From contig ML002242.1 of assembly GCA_003614675.1 (NCBI GenBank), positions 1 through 60,829 of the forward strand: 60,829 nt of DNA, written 5' to 3'. How positions within the stretch are numbered: the stretch's first letter is position 1; the number at the start of each line of letters is the position of its first letter. The DNA is from Dimargaris cristalligena. Lineage: Eukaryota. Made by a program: the position numbers and the translations under genes. This document shows positions 1 through 12,211 of this stretch, one piece after another. The notes under the pieces were generated by a model. It had not been told where the DNA came from and did not search any database. It worked only from the letters and a program-made list of their open reading frames with translations.

Positions 1-930
1 CCCCAATTTGGCCGGCAACTTAGCCGGTCGGGTGTAGTTACGGGTGGCTACATATTGATAGAACACTTTAGCCTGTGGCTGCGGGAATTTGTTAAGCCAC
101 GCGTCGAAAAATTTACGCGCGGTTGCATAGTAACAATGGTCGTTGTCCTGACCGATCCGTAGCAGGGACTGGAGGGTCTTGAGTTTAAAAGTGCGTTCGG
201 CGTAATAGTAGCGTACGAGATCCGGAATGTGGGCCAAAGTGCAGCAGGCCTCTAAATGAGCGGCTGACGAGGCGGTTGTGGCGGAAGAGAGGGTTGTTTC
301 ACTTGAAGTAGAAACGGTGCTTCGGTCCGCCAAGTCGGCGACCTCCTGCGCATAACTCAGGAGTAGCGTAACAGTCTGGGTCGGGTCCAAATCTAGTATC
401 GGACTTAATTGGAGGACAAACGGTGTCACCGTGGGCTCCTGGGGTGCGAATTCGCCCAGCTTAGCTTTGATCTGATTTTGGAACTGGGTCGTTCCACTGG
501 CCGACGGGGGTTGGAAACCGTCCAAGGCGAGTATAAGGCTTTCGGTAAGTTGGGTGACGGCGGCTTCGATGCGAACTGGTGTTATCAGCTCAGACGACGC
601 CTCCTCGAGCGCAATGAAGAGCTGCCGCCAGGACCTAGGATATCAGGGGTGGAGAATCAGGGTTATAACAACATTGGGGGGGAGAGGTTAATATTTCATC
701 GGATACAAATTAACTGCGGCCCGGAGGGCTTGGGTGTGGCGCCACTCCACGCCCTTGGAACTTCTGATTCCGAGCGGAGGGGTCTAGTAAAGCCTACAAT
801 CGGTCTGGACTGAAAACAAGCGCTGGAGATTCACCAACCCGCTTTCCCCGACATTTACAACCTCAAAGGTTCCTTTAACTATTACTAGGGGAGCCATCTA
901 CCTGGTAAGGGGATCGGAATTGTTGCCCAT
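1..930 (-). CDS. NUP188: Nucleoporin Nup188, N-terminal part, running off the window start; exons 930-902 and 634-<1
   Basis: Manual splice: ATG at 930, donor AG|GTAGAT at 901, acceptor tcctag at 635, then open frame to base 1. Translation MGNNSDPLTRSWRQLFIAL...FQPPSAS...LSPILDLDPTQTVTLLLSY...LVRYYYAERTFKLKTLQSLLRIGQDNDHCYY matches the remembered Nup188 N-terminus (ISKFLGLDEEQSVQLL...ADYYYEERTCILRCV...DERHPY). Absent from the ORF track. Confidence 0.8.
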
Positions 931-1674
931 GGTGGGTTGTTGGAGAGTAGGGACGGTGATTAGAATAGGAAAGTTGGATTCGAGCGCGACCGGAATGGGT
1001 TAAACGGTGAGGAGAATAATAAGGGATGACTAGGAACACGGGAATCGGAACAAATGCCACAAAAAAAGACGGAGAGATAATGCTAATAAAAAGGTAAATG
1101 GGGTATGGGAATGAGGCTAAAAGCAAGTTGGGTTAATCGGGCCTAAGAACTCATCGAGAACCGTGTTGCGGAGTTTAGTGGGCTACGACGATCAACTAAC
1201 CTAAACAACCAAAAAATAATGCTAAACAGGAATGAGTCGACGTGCAAGTTAAGTCCGACTTGGGGTAAAAGGCAGCCAGTGGAGCTGAAATGCTGGAAAC
1301 TGATTGAACTTCCCTTACTGGCAACTTCCACTGGTTGGCCCAGCTATGTTTTTATACTATGCTGGTGGCGCCATTACACACATTTTATCTCATTAAACCA
1401 ACTAGTTCAGGTCACAGCTTCCAACATGGTGTAAATGCCCTCTTTATTTATTTGCGCTCCTATTGAAAAGGAAAACCATAAAACATGGGCCAAAAGACGC
1501 TATACCACTGATCCAGACATGGCAAAGTGTAATACTGTCCACGCAAATGACCTAGGGATCCAGTGAACTGCACTCCGGTATAGCATCCGATTAAATATTA
1601 CAATGGATACGGAGCACTCTAAGGCCCGTACCAAATCAATCAGTATCAAAAGTCAGATTTATAGCCAAGCCAGT

Positions 1675-2532
1675 TTATTCCTGAATCAAAACGTACTCAC
1701 GGGTGCTGAACCCGAATTTAATCACATCTTGGGCGCGTAGCTCGTAGTAGCGGGTGGCCGGTAGTCGCTCACCGTTCACATATGTACCATTACTGGATGC
1801 CAAGTCAATAAGATAGGGTTTGACCACGAACGGAGGAGGTGTGTTGGAGGTGTCCGCATCGAAAGCGGCGGTATCGGCCGGTTTTCGGGGCAAAGCCACT
1901 TGGCGGTACTGTAACGCGGCGTGCTGTTTTGAACAGGACGGGTGGTCAACGGGCAAATCAGCCACTTTACGATCCCTTCCGACGAGATAGGCGGACTGCC
2001 GGGCCACGGGTATCACCTCAAGCTGCTGGTCTCCTTTAAACACATAGAGGCGCCATTTGGCAGTGGGCACCCGCGCTTCGGGTGGTTCATTGTAATCGAC
2101 AATGGTACCGTTGACTGTGTTGGTTTCGGCGGCCAACTTCCCCGACAATCCGAAATTTGGTTTTACCTTTGGCGACGAAGGTTGGACTGATGGTTCGTCG
2201 ATGGGTGTGGCTGTTGGTGCCGACACCGTAGACGGGTGGGATCTAGTGGATCCGGCCGTTTCAGCAAGGGGTTCTTTAAGGTGTGTGGGTTGTGGGGCTG
2301 GCTGTGAGGGCAATGAGGGCGGGTGGGTGGCCTGTGAAGGGACCCGTGCTGGCCTTGAGTTGGAACTGTGGGCATCAGACGAACGTTGGGAATGTCTCCC
2401 GTTCCGATCGCGACGACGGTCGGGTGAGCGGGACCGGGACTGGGACCGAGAATGGCGCCTCCGCCTAAAGGAGCTATGAGGAGGAGGAGACCTATCCCAG
2501 CGGCTTCGGCGTTCTCTCGATGAATATGGCAT
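1675..2532 (-). CDS. SNIP1: FHA-domain RES-complex splicing factor (SNIP1/Pml1-like)
   Basis: RS-rich N-terminus, KPNFGLSGKLAAETN, YNEPPEAR, WRLYVFK, FHA motifs GRDR..DHPSCSKQHA and DLASSNGTYVN, ending FGFSTREYVL. Single exon. Confidence 0.93.
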   Translation of the reverse strand: MPYSSRERRSRWDRSPPPHSSFRRRRHSRSQSRSRSPDRRRDRNGRHSQRSSDAHSSNSRPARVPSQATHPPSLPSQPAPQPTHLKEPLAETAGSTRSHPSTVSAPTATPIDEPSVQPSSPKVKPNFGLSGKLAAETNTVNGTIVDYNEPPEARVPTAKWRLYVFKGDQQLEVIPVARQSAYLVGRDRKVADLPVDHPSCSKQHAALQYRQVALPRKPADTAAFDADTSNTPPPFVVKPYLIDLASSNGTYVNGERLPATRYYELRAQDVIKFGFSTREYVLIQE

Positions 2533-3545
2533 GCTATATAAATGCTCTATTTGTAAAATAGAAAAAGGCGGGAATGGTATATTAAGTGGTTAGGCGAAAG
2601 AAGATGTACAGGGATTGAATGAATACAGGAGTTGGAGAAAGTGTGAATGAAATGCAAGAAAAGTGGAAATGCGCCATAAACCTGTAAGTTCTAATGCAAA
2701 GAAAGACCCATGTGGACAACGTAAAATTAGGTGCTCTACAAAATTATTTGTTATTTAACGCGATATATCGCCTGACATGGGGGTATAGTGTGTAAATGGG
2801 GGTGAAAAATACCTTAGATACTTCGTTTCAATTGAATCACACCAAAACTATATGACAAAACGGATTAATAAATTGAAGAGCCGCAATAGTAGCAGTAGGT
2901 CGGCGGTGGGCCACGATGCACTCACTCGGGGGACCTTTACCATTTATCCAAAATTTAAGACCACTTAACAGTATTACCACTGGGGGGGCATTGGCTAAAT
3001 AATTGGGTAAATACCTACTACATACAATGCCACAATGCCATGATAAACTGGCGACGGGATCTTCTGAGCCGCGTATGATATTAATTATATAAATTGCTGA
3101 CCGAGTTGAAGCACCTTCCAATATGGAAAATACACATAACCACTAATAAAACAAGGAAGAATAGCCCAGGTCCTAAAAGGCAGTCTGTTACGACAATCCA
3201 AAATCACTGCCACTTGCGAAATGGGTAGGCTATTATAAAACGTTATTGGTCATGGGTGAAAACGTGGAAGATAATTCGGCTAAACGAATGAGTGCAAGAA
3301 ACATATTACTAGAACGACACGAATCAATAGAACAAAGCTAAGATCAATAAAAATAATTAGTAGTTCTGCCACAAGGATCCGGATAAGCGACTGTAAAAAG
3401 GAAAACAAAAAAAATAAAATATTGAATTGTGCAGTGGTAAACCATGGAGCGCTAGCTCATGTTAAAAACATGATTTCCTGTTATTCCCCAGCCAAGGAAA
3501 TGTTGACAGGTGTCAGATAGGGAACACTGTCGGGGCGTATTTACT

Positions 3546-5414
3546 TCATTGGCAAATGTAGGATTCCGCAAGCTGTTCTACTAAAAAAGTAGGAACGCTT
3601 TGATTAAGTGATCCATCACTGCCCAACTGGAAATGGACGGTGTCCAGAAGAATAGCACCACAGTCCAGAAATATCACATCAGGCACTACTTGCAGGGGAG
3701 GGGGACCAGGGGCCCACCAGATTGTTTCCATAAATTGGGCCGCCTCAATTAGGCCGACCTGGTCAAGACAGGTCAAATGATACTGCAATAAAATCCCAAA
3801 GGGCAGCTCTTGTTCACCTTCAATAGATAAATTCTCGGGGACCTGTTGATCTGGGCTATCAAATAGACAAATATGAGGCAGGATAGTTAATTTCCCATTG
3901 AGGCCATCCATGCACTCCATTACAGCACTCAACATACTGGTGTCTTGACACAATGCCGCTAGGGTCATGATAAATCGGACATGTGATCAAATGGCAAACA
4001 GAATATCCCCCTGAGTGTACTCATCATAGAGGGATGTCAGAATGCTGGTAAGGGAGGTGTAGGTCCAGACTTCATTGAGAATTGTGTCCAGGAAAGCCAA
4101 CAAGGATGTGGGATGCTGGTGTTTGCAGTAAAGTTCCCAGATCAGGGTTGTCAGGACTTGCTTCAACATTGAAAAAAAAAATGAAGGCAGTCGGGAACTG
4201 ATAACCCAACTGGGATAGTTCCCCAGCCTGTCAGCTAAGTTGTAGGGGAGTGTAGCCTAGCCAATCCAGAGTGGCTTTTAGACCTGTGTCTCCCCCTTTC
4301 TCATCTAAGCCAGTGCCCCAATTGATATCCTTGAGCTTTGATACTATGGGATCAGCCAATTGCAGCTTCACCATGCTCATGCTTGCACAATAGTTGAAGC
4401 TACTTGGATTATAGCTCACATCACTGGTCTTTACCCACAGACAGAAAAGTTCTATCATGGAGAACAGGTCTGTTGGGGTTTGGTGAATCATCTGACCACA
4501 CCACATAACTAGAGGAAAGTACACATTCCATTCCTTGGTACTCAAGGCTGCCAGGTTCATCACACACCATTGACCTCTGGATTGAATAAATGGATGGTGG
4601 ATATTAAGGCTTCAAAACCACCCATCATCTACTCCATTAGTTTCACTTGTTGGAATTCCAGAATTGGTCTGTTGACTGGAATTATAGCCTGATGGATACA
4701 CTGGAGGCCGAGGTGACCTTTCAGGCAATAGAGTGCCCCACATTTCAACTGATACAGCTGAAAACAAAGGAATCCAAACTGGTCCCAGCACCTTTGGCTG
4801 GTGATAATGTTTGTCATGTAAGTAAGCCTCTATTGACAAACAAGGCAAATTATAGGAAGTTTAACATTAGAATTGAGTAGGGGGGATATGCAGGGGACTT
4901 AATAAATATAGAGTAATAGATATATGGATTAGACTTGGCAAATAGCCTGCCTGGCTGACTTATTTGGGGACAAATAAGTGCAGATATATTGGAGGGATAT
5001 CCCCTCATATATGCACATGCCCTATAGCAATAGGCTAACCAAGGGTGTTGTTGTCTGCTCTCACCTATCAATTCCAATATAATACACTGCCAATTCATTC
5101 TAACATATGTGCTTAAATGGAACACTTACCCCCTTTAAACAGATTTCCCAAACCTGCAAATAATATTCAGAAACTTTCAGCAATTTTAATAGAGTAACAT
5201 GGTCAGTAAACTCCAGGGCTTGATTGAACAGTTCATATGGAAATATGCCCCATGTTGACCTCCATAACCTGGTAGCATTGTCAATTGGAGACTAAGCAAT
5301 AATTGACTGATGTTTCCTGGCAGGCTGGGTTAGTAACCCATAAACTGGAGTGTATGGACTAAACCAAGCACCATAGAGAGCAATGCTCAGCAAGTTAAGA
5401 GGTGTGGTTTTCAT
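3546..5414 (-). pseudogene. Pseudogene of a putative secreted protein (hydrophobic leader + F-box-like segment + ~400 aa unknown domain)
   Basis: ATG at 5414 (MKTTPLNLLSIALYGAWFSP..), premature TAG near 5292, WGIFPYELFNQALEFTDHVTLLKLLKVSEYY, GTAAGT donor near 5129. ORF pieces 4848-4612 and 4563-4231 are in one frame joined by TGA. A one-base frameshift, probably in the A10 run at 4172-4181, leads to 4169-3987 and 3968-3546, again joined by TGA. Confidence 0.7.
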
Positions 5415-7740
5415 GAGGATACCTGCAAAAGATACCCAGTAATCAAACAGAGATCAATAGGCAAATTTCAATAGGTATTTAATAAATGCCAGGAAATGGG
5501 GTTATCTACTTATGCTGAGTTAAATTGAAAAGCTGCACCAGGTGTAGGGGCCTATTAGGATATATATATATAATGGTACTTATGGTAGTGTATTCTAAAT
5601 TATTGGAACAATTTTTGAGGGGTATTTTTCCTATTCTCCATAGTCCATGGCACATTAATGGTCTGGGGTAAATGCAATAATGGAGTGAAGGGTTGGAATA
5701 ACTTGCTCCCTACATCATGGCCAAGCCTCCTGTCTCCCCACCCTTGCTTTCATTTAAGTCACCTGTAATACAGGCATCATTTTGGGAACCAGGGAATACT
5801 TAGTGGTCCATGAGTCCCACCTCTATACTACTATAATTCTCACTATAAATACCACATGTGCATGCAATAACATGCACATTTCAGACCACATCAGGGGAAT
5901 TATACCTACTATGGGCCAGGGAAATGCTAAACTAGGTACACCATATATGTACTACCTGGGACATCTGGCCTATTGTTAGTAGCCTTCAGGATTTGTGAGG
6001 AGGCAGTGGCCTCCTTACCAACATGGCCTGAAGTCACGGTGGCCAGCTCCCTGGTGGCAGAAGATGGGAGGTTTGTGGAGTGGGATGAGACCAGGGCAGA
6101 ATTGGATATTGAAATGGTGGGTTTTCAGAGGGGGTGGGTAGTCAGTGGATTGGACAGAGGATGGGGGGAGGGTATAATGAATGATGTGAAAGTTTTATTA
6201 AAAGTAAATATAAAAAGTGGTGATGTTAAATGATAAGAAATAATCAATAAAAAAATCAGGACTGAGTTTAAGGGATAGTGGAATTTGAGTTTCAAATAAA
6301 ATGAGTGATGATTGATGGTCCAAATAAGTGGGAATTCACTGGTTATTTATTTAGCCATCCCATGGGCCTTAGGGGCCAATAGGTGCAAGAAAAAGGATGT
6401 AGAGAAAAGGTCAAGAAATGGAACAAGATGGAATGATAGGGAATCTGCTGAAAAATAAGTCAGACTTTTAGATGTAAGGAAAAAACAGTGGGCTTTTTAA
6501 TGCAAACCACAAGTATAAAGAAATGAATAATATTTTATTGGCTTTTGGTGTGTGCCACAGTGTAGGTGGTATATATATATATATATATTTGTGGTTAAAT
6601 GGTAGGAGTGATACTGCCATTGCATGCCACAGCATATTCTGCCCTCTGACAATGAGGACTGGCTGTCCATAGTCTGGGGATAAGTGCCAACCTCCAGATG
6701 GCACTACATATACTGACTATTATATGCTCACTTGTCGGCCTCACTCAAATTCAGAACTACACCAGCACCAGCTTACTTTCCTCTAAGTAGTGGGGGACAC
6801 TTTGGTGCTTAACTTTAAAACTGAGTTTGGATTATGTTACCTGGGTTAACTACTCTTAGTCCATCAAGAGCCCTGAGGATAGGCTTCTAATGGCAGGTAG
6901 GGCTTAGGTTTAGCCAGGCTGGCTACTAGTGTTAGGTATGGGGCATGGCACTAACTAATAAAGGCTATGGTGGGTATATGTAAGGGATGTGTAGTAGGTA
7001 TATATACTAGTCAGTATAAGGGGAGTGAGTATATATAGTATATATTAGGGGTAAACTGAGGGGTAAAAGTAAGCTAAGAAATCTAACCAGTCCTAATAGG
7101 GCCCAATTATATATACATAGGAAAAACTCCAGAGGGAGGTCCCAAGGCAAGGATACTACTAAGACTAAGGTATAGGTAAATAGGCCAACTAGATGACTAT
7201 GAGTATCTAGAAGACTCTAATGGCAACTATAAGAGTCTTCAGATTAGCACCTAAGTGATTAGTGTAAATAGATGGAGTTAGGCTGGGGGAAGGTTATATA
7301 ATAAAGGATGATCCCATGATACTGGGTGTAACTATGGGAAGGCTAATATAATACTATAAGGCCTAATATGGTCAGATACTAAGCCAGCTGGATTAGGGTG
7401 GATTAGATAGTCCAATAGTTAGTTCCAGGTTTTTAGAACTACCTCCACTCTGAGGTACTTCATATAACCTTAAATACAACTGAAGCCCATTGGTTAATAT
7501 CCAATTATAATTATATATATAAAATGATACCACTATTCTATAGTTCATACCTAAAAGCTAGAATTGTGTAGTTTTTTTTACCATACTTGGCAGCTCATCA
7601 TAATATGTAGCACCCCTCCTTTAGTTACCTCTCCATGACAATTTCTAAATTTAATATTTGAGGCTTATCCATATTTAACACTGATGTAGTGAATAAGGGA
7701 CATTTTAATTTTTCTACCAGGTAGCAGACCAAGTTGGTAA
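3600..7740. repeat. CpG-depleted, probably methylated and repeat-derived island; 6780-7700 is heavily degenerate and TpA-rich
   Basis: About ten CpGs by eye in ~4.1 kb (about four between 3990 and 7740), against normal CpG density on both flanks. Stops in the frames inspected in the right part; no element protein recognisable. Confidence 0.65.
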
Positions 7741-9160
7741 TCTCGATTTGAGATTACTCAAGATTATATTTGATTATTAGGTCTGACTCAGGCCAGACCT
7801 TATCGCCGTTGGGTAAAAATTTAGACCGATTGTGGATAACTAGCTAGAATACCTCCTCATTCCCCTAATATATACTTACAAAGTCAACGATAAGTTCCAC
7901 AAAATGCCCTTTAAATACGATGGGCTATACTTCCACAATACTTATACCCCACTTTAATGGTCTAGTTCATAGAGTAAATAAACGACCGGGCCGTATTCTC
8001 AAATGGTATATACGTGTATTTGAGCCCTTACTTTGCTGTTCATAGACCCATCTTTTATATTTGAACCAAACCATCGTGTTTCCGGAACATGGAACCATAA
8101 TAATGGCGGGCGCTCTTTATGATAGCTTTCACGACCATCACTCCTGTGGTACATCCCGTAATTTTTGACCCATATAAGGAAACTAATACGTTAAACTTTA
8201 AAGAAATAATAATTTCAAAACATGCGGTAGCCGTAAGTTGCCATTCGATCCCACCACTACGAAATCGTTAACCAGGATGTTTGTGTTACCCAGAAAAATT
8301 GGGCAAAGTGGTTGACGGAGCACCCCTTTAGCCCTGATAGATCAAGCGATAGGTTTGGAGCCTACGGTCTGTTTCCCATAGGCAATTCACGGGGTTGGCT
8401 TTATGTCTATTTTCTACGTTCCTTATGATGTGTTTCCTACACCCTATACCTACTAACTAGAGTACACCTTTATATAGGACTCTGTTTCCCTATTACCAGA
8501 TTTCTTTGAACCCCCCCCCCCCACTCTCACCTTTTCCCCTACACACACCTCAACTCTCTCTTTCTCTTTCTCTCTCTCTCCTGCTCTATTCGTGAATTCC
8601 CAATTTAGGCATGCTTATACTTTAGTCGACCCGTGAATAGAAAATGAAAAGACAGAGCAGGGGGGAAAGGGGGAGACGGGTCGGCTGGTTTCAAATTACT
8701 GGAATAAGTCTGTGGCTATAATTCGGGTACCACCTTCACAGGCTCGAAATGGCACACCAAATGGTCAGGCTGAAGAATTTCGAGTCCTCATTGGAAAAGG
8801 TGCATGTGCGAGACCCCTCGTCCTACCGTAGCATTGATGGAAAATGTAAAACCATACCTTGTGGTGCTTAGCCTTACCTTACTCAAATGATTTTGATGCA
8901 GTTGGGGAGAGTTTCCATCCCCCCCCACTCCGAAAAAAAAGGACATCCCTGGGTTTTCTTAGATAAATAAAAGCACCAGGATATATATATAAAGCAAGTG
9001 GGTGCTACTTCAATGTACCCCATTGACTGTCAGTAATTGTATCCTATTATTTCGGTGGATTTTAACTTTATTTTAATTAGTGTTGCCCACTGTTTATATT
9101 TAACTGCCCACTTACTATTTCACCATAACACTCCACACCTTTTCGTCACGACGTTAAAAT

Positions 9161-10415
9161 ATGCAGCCTCGCTATTCACCGTTCAAGTCACTGATAGTGG
9201 TGATTGCTATGGTCAGTTTAGGCCAAAGTACAGTTGTTCATAACCCACTGAATGTCCAAAGGTCGTATTCCGACGGTGCGACCCAATTTCACTCCAATGC
9301 CTACGATAACACCGAGACGCTGGAGGTAAGTATTATATTAGTCATGTTTAATTTTAAGAGGTGCCTTATTGTAGAGCTCCATCACGCCAGGAATACTATC
9401 GACGAATACGGCCTAGTTTCAGACGGCAACCCATACGGGGCGTGGCTTGACCAACCCCGGCGTTACATTCATTAACAATTAATTGTTTGTTCCTAACCCC
9501 ATTGGCACCGACCTACCTGTGGATAACTGACATTTTATAAATACCGTAACATAGCCCGACTCTTCCATCTCGCCTTGTCTTGACTTGCGCCGAATCCTTC
9601 CGTTGGTTAAGCAGCTTTGTGAGTCTTTCCGTAGTGGATACGAATCCAACATGGATGACGGCGACAAGGAACTCATCTACGAGAGCTACTTTAGAATTCT
9701 TGGGTCCAGCTTTAGGGCCTATTTGATGGTCGAGTCCGGCCATTCTTCCGAGATCATCCAGTACCCTTATCAGGCCGCCTTGCCCGACTTGGCCGAATCC
9801 CACCCACTCTACGCCTGTATGCAGGAAGAACCCGAGTTAGCCATCGATGTGCTCAAGCAGGGGGCTTCCTTGGTGTCGTTGATTGGCACCGACGCTCACC
9901 TTGCCCAGATTTTGCAGCGGGTCCAGCTGGCGCAATCCCAGAGCCGCTGGAGTCGGGCCCTGACGCGTGCGAAACGCCTTATGAGGAAATCGGGTAGTCA
10001 GAATGAAGAGGTGGACCTGGTGAATGATTCCCAGATGGCCTATGTCTACCCGGATTTTCCCGCAGATAACTTAGTGGAAAGAGCCTTATGGTATTTTAGT
10101 GTTGTTCTGACGGAAGTGCAGGCCGTGGCCCAGGCCCAGGGTAACTCAAAGGCAAGGGAGCTAGCCATGGACATGCAACATCAATGGCAGGGCGGACTCT
10201 ACGGCTACTATGCCAGCTCTGATGATGAGGATATTGATGATGATAATACCTCCTATTTCCCCGACCCTATGGCCAAGCATCAATCGACTGGACGCACAAA
10301 ACGTCTGATGTTGGCCTTTACTAAAGCGGATGCCACCTATTTCTTTGGCCCAACCTTGAAGCGGTGGGCGCGGAAGGTAAAGATTGGAGCTAAACGCAGA
10401 GAGTCGACTGCATAG
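9161..10415 (+). CDS. Putative secreted protein of unknown function (paralogue A); exons 9161-9325 and 9555-10415
   Basis: Hydrophobic leader (FKSLIVVIAMVSLGQS). Phase-0 intron GTAAGT 9326 to catag 9554 joins TETLE|PDSSISPCLDLRRIL in frame. Clear similarity to the gene at 20189-21454. Confidence 0.8.
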
Positions 10416-11295
10416 CAATGAAGCCAGTCGATTATGAATAACACCTAAACCAACTTCTTTTCTTTTCAACGAGCACCGCACTGACTATTTTTTGAACGAT
10501 ATCCGACGTCGAGTATTAGTTTTATATTTGCAAATAAATAGCGTGTATAAGTGATGACAATACAGCGATGGCCCCTTAATATACTCAGCAAAGGTGCTCA
10601 CATCGCATAATTACCTGTCAAATTTAACACTGGTGCCCGAATATGCATCGTTTGGGTGGTCCAATTCAATCGTATAACGAAATGTCCGTTGGATGAGGCA
10701 ATTGCTACTAGTTGAGAATGAATCCCCCACCTATTTTCCCATACACACATTATTTAAAACCTTATTCAGCTGGGTTAAATTCCACCCATATGAATTAGGG
10801 GGTAAAATATGGAACAGCAAAAATTGACCGGCACCCCTGCTATACGGAAAATGGGCCTCGGGTGGAAACAATGACTGTACTTGGAATGTATATGAATGAG
10901 CACATCAATAATGCAACGATAGTGCCCAGGAATTATATTACCCCAAATATAAGGGCTTCCTAGTAATGGTCGATACATGCGATGCTTTTCCATTGACATC
11001 GGATATTAACAGAAGATCATTAAATGTTAGAACAGAGGTGGTAAACAGGCGCTTCTAGTGCTGGACATGGTTCAGTAGAATGCTACAGTAACATGCTGCA
11101 CGATATGTGCTTCCTACTACACAGCCTATAGTACGTTCACTTAGGGACATAGGTGGCTCCGATTTTGCCGAATAATTGTATCCCAAGCCTTGGCGTTAAA
11201 TAGCATAAGGCGAAAGTGATATTTTAATTCATATTACATTTTTATTTCATCAGGCCCCGCAAGGCTGATGGGCCGGAATATTCGAGAAATACCCT

Positions 11296-12211
11296 TTATA
11301 GAATAGTGATTGCTTGGTTAAAAACTGCACTGAGCTCTTGGTTCAGTAAACCGTCAAGAGTGGTCTGATCCCGGCTGTAAAACCACTTGCCTTCCGTGGT
11401 ATCGTAGTCAAAGCGTTTAGGGCCACTCAAGGGCGATGAAAGCCAGATTTGCTTGTTAGGGGGCTGCTTGTTAATAACGTAGGTGCCATGCTCACCTAGT
11501 TCGAGGGTTAAAACGCCGCTCTAAAATAGTGCACCGAGGGATTGTGGGGGATCAACCGGAGCGATGGGGGTGTAAAAAAGGTGAAGTGATTCGAGAGGGG
11601 AAGGGTTAGAAAACATGTGTCGTTTGGTTAGGGGATCCTCTATGAGTTCAGTAGAAACGCAAAACTTACCGAATATTCCACGTCAAATCCCGGAAGGCTG
11701 GTACTTTCACCGAATTCCTCCAGATAATCCAAAAGCGATTCCATAGTATGAGTCGAAACATCATGGTAGTCGGACTCGGTCAGTGCACTAAAATAGGGTA
11801 ATCAAACATGATGGAGGGGGGTAGAGGAATCAATTAAAATCAGGAAAATGAGGGGCTGGTCATGTGAGGAATAGTTCCTTTGGTGACCCTTCGATACACC
11901 TATGGGAGGTGTGATTAAACAGGTAGTCAAGAGAACGATCAAACAATTTGTTTTGGAGCGAGTAATAGTAGATAAAGGGCACTGTACCTAGCGCTGTATG
12001 AGGGCGTTGAATACCATCGGGCGGCGGAAATGAAAATGGGGTCGCATGAGCGGCAGGACCATTGGGAATCGACGGGTGGCCCATGCGTCCGCTTGCTTTT
12101 ACTAATGTGCGGTTGGTAGGAGACAAACTGACGGGAAAAGACCTGGGTAGGTCGCTGGAGCCGGCGTGCGATACCGACTTGCCGAACGCTCCGTAAGCAG
12201 CCAGGGTTCAT
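11296..12211 (-). CDS. YFH1: Mitochondrial frataxin; exons 12211-11988, 11787-11670, 11520-11296
   Basis: Arg-rich presequence. Spliced core [24 protein letters not shown]...[45 protein letters not shown] is the frataxin/CyaY signature. Both introns are GT-AG and keep frame. Confidence 0.95.

Noticed and set aside
409-813. 134-aa plus-strand ORF
   Set aside because: Antisense shadow of the NUP188 exon and intron; TTG start and no recognisable features.
11248-11270. Hairpin CATCAG...CTGATG just past the frataxin stop as an iron-responsive element
   Set aside because: Lacks the CAGUGH loop and C-bulge, and a 6-bp stem is expected by chance.
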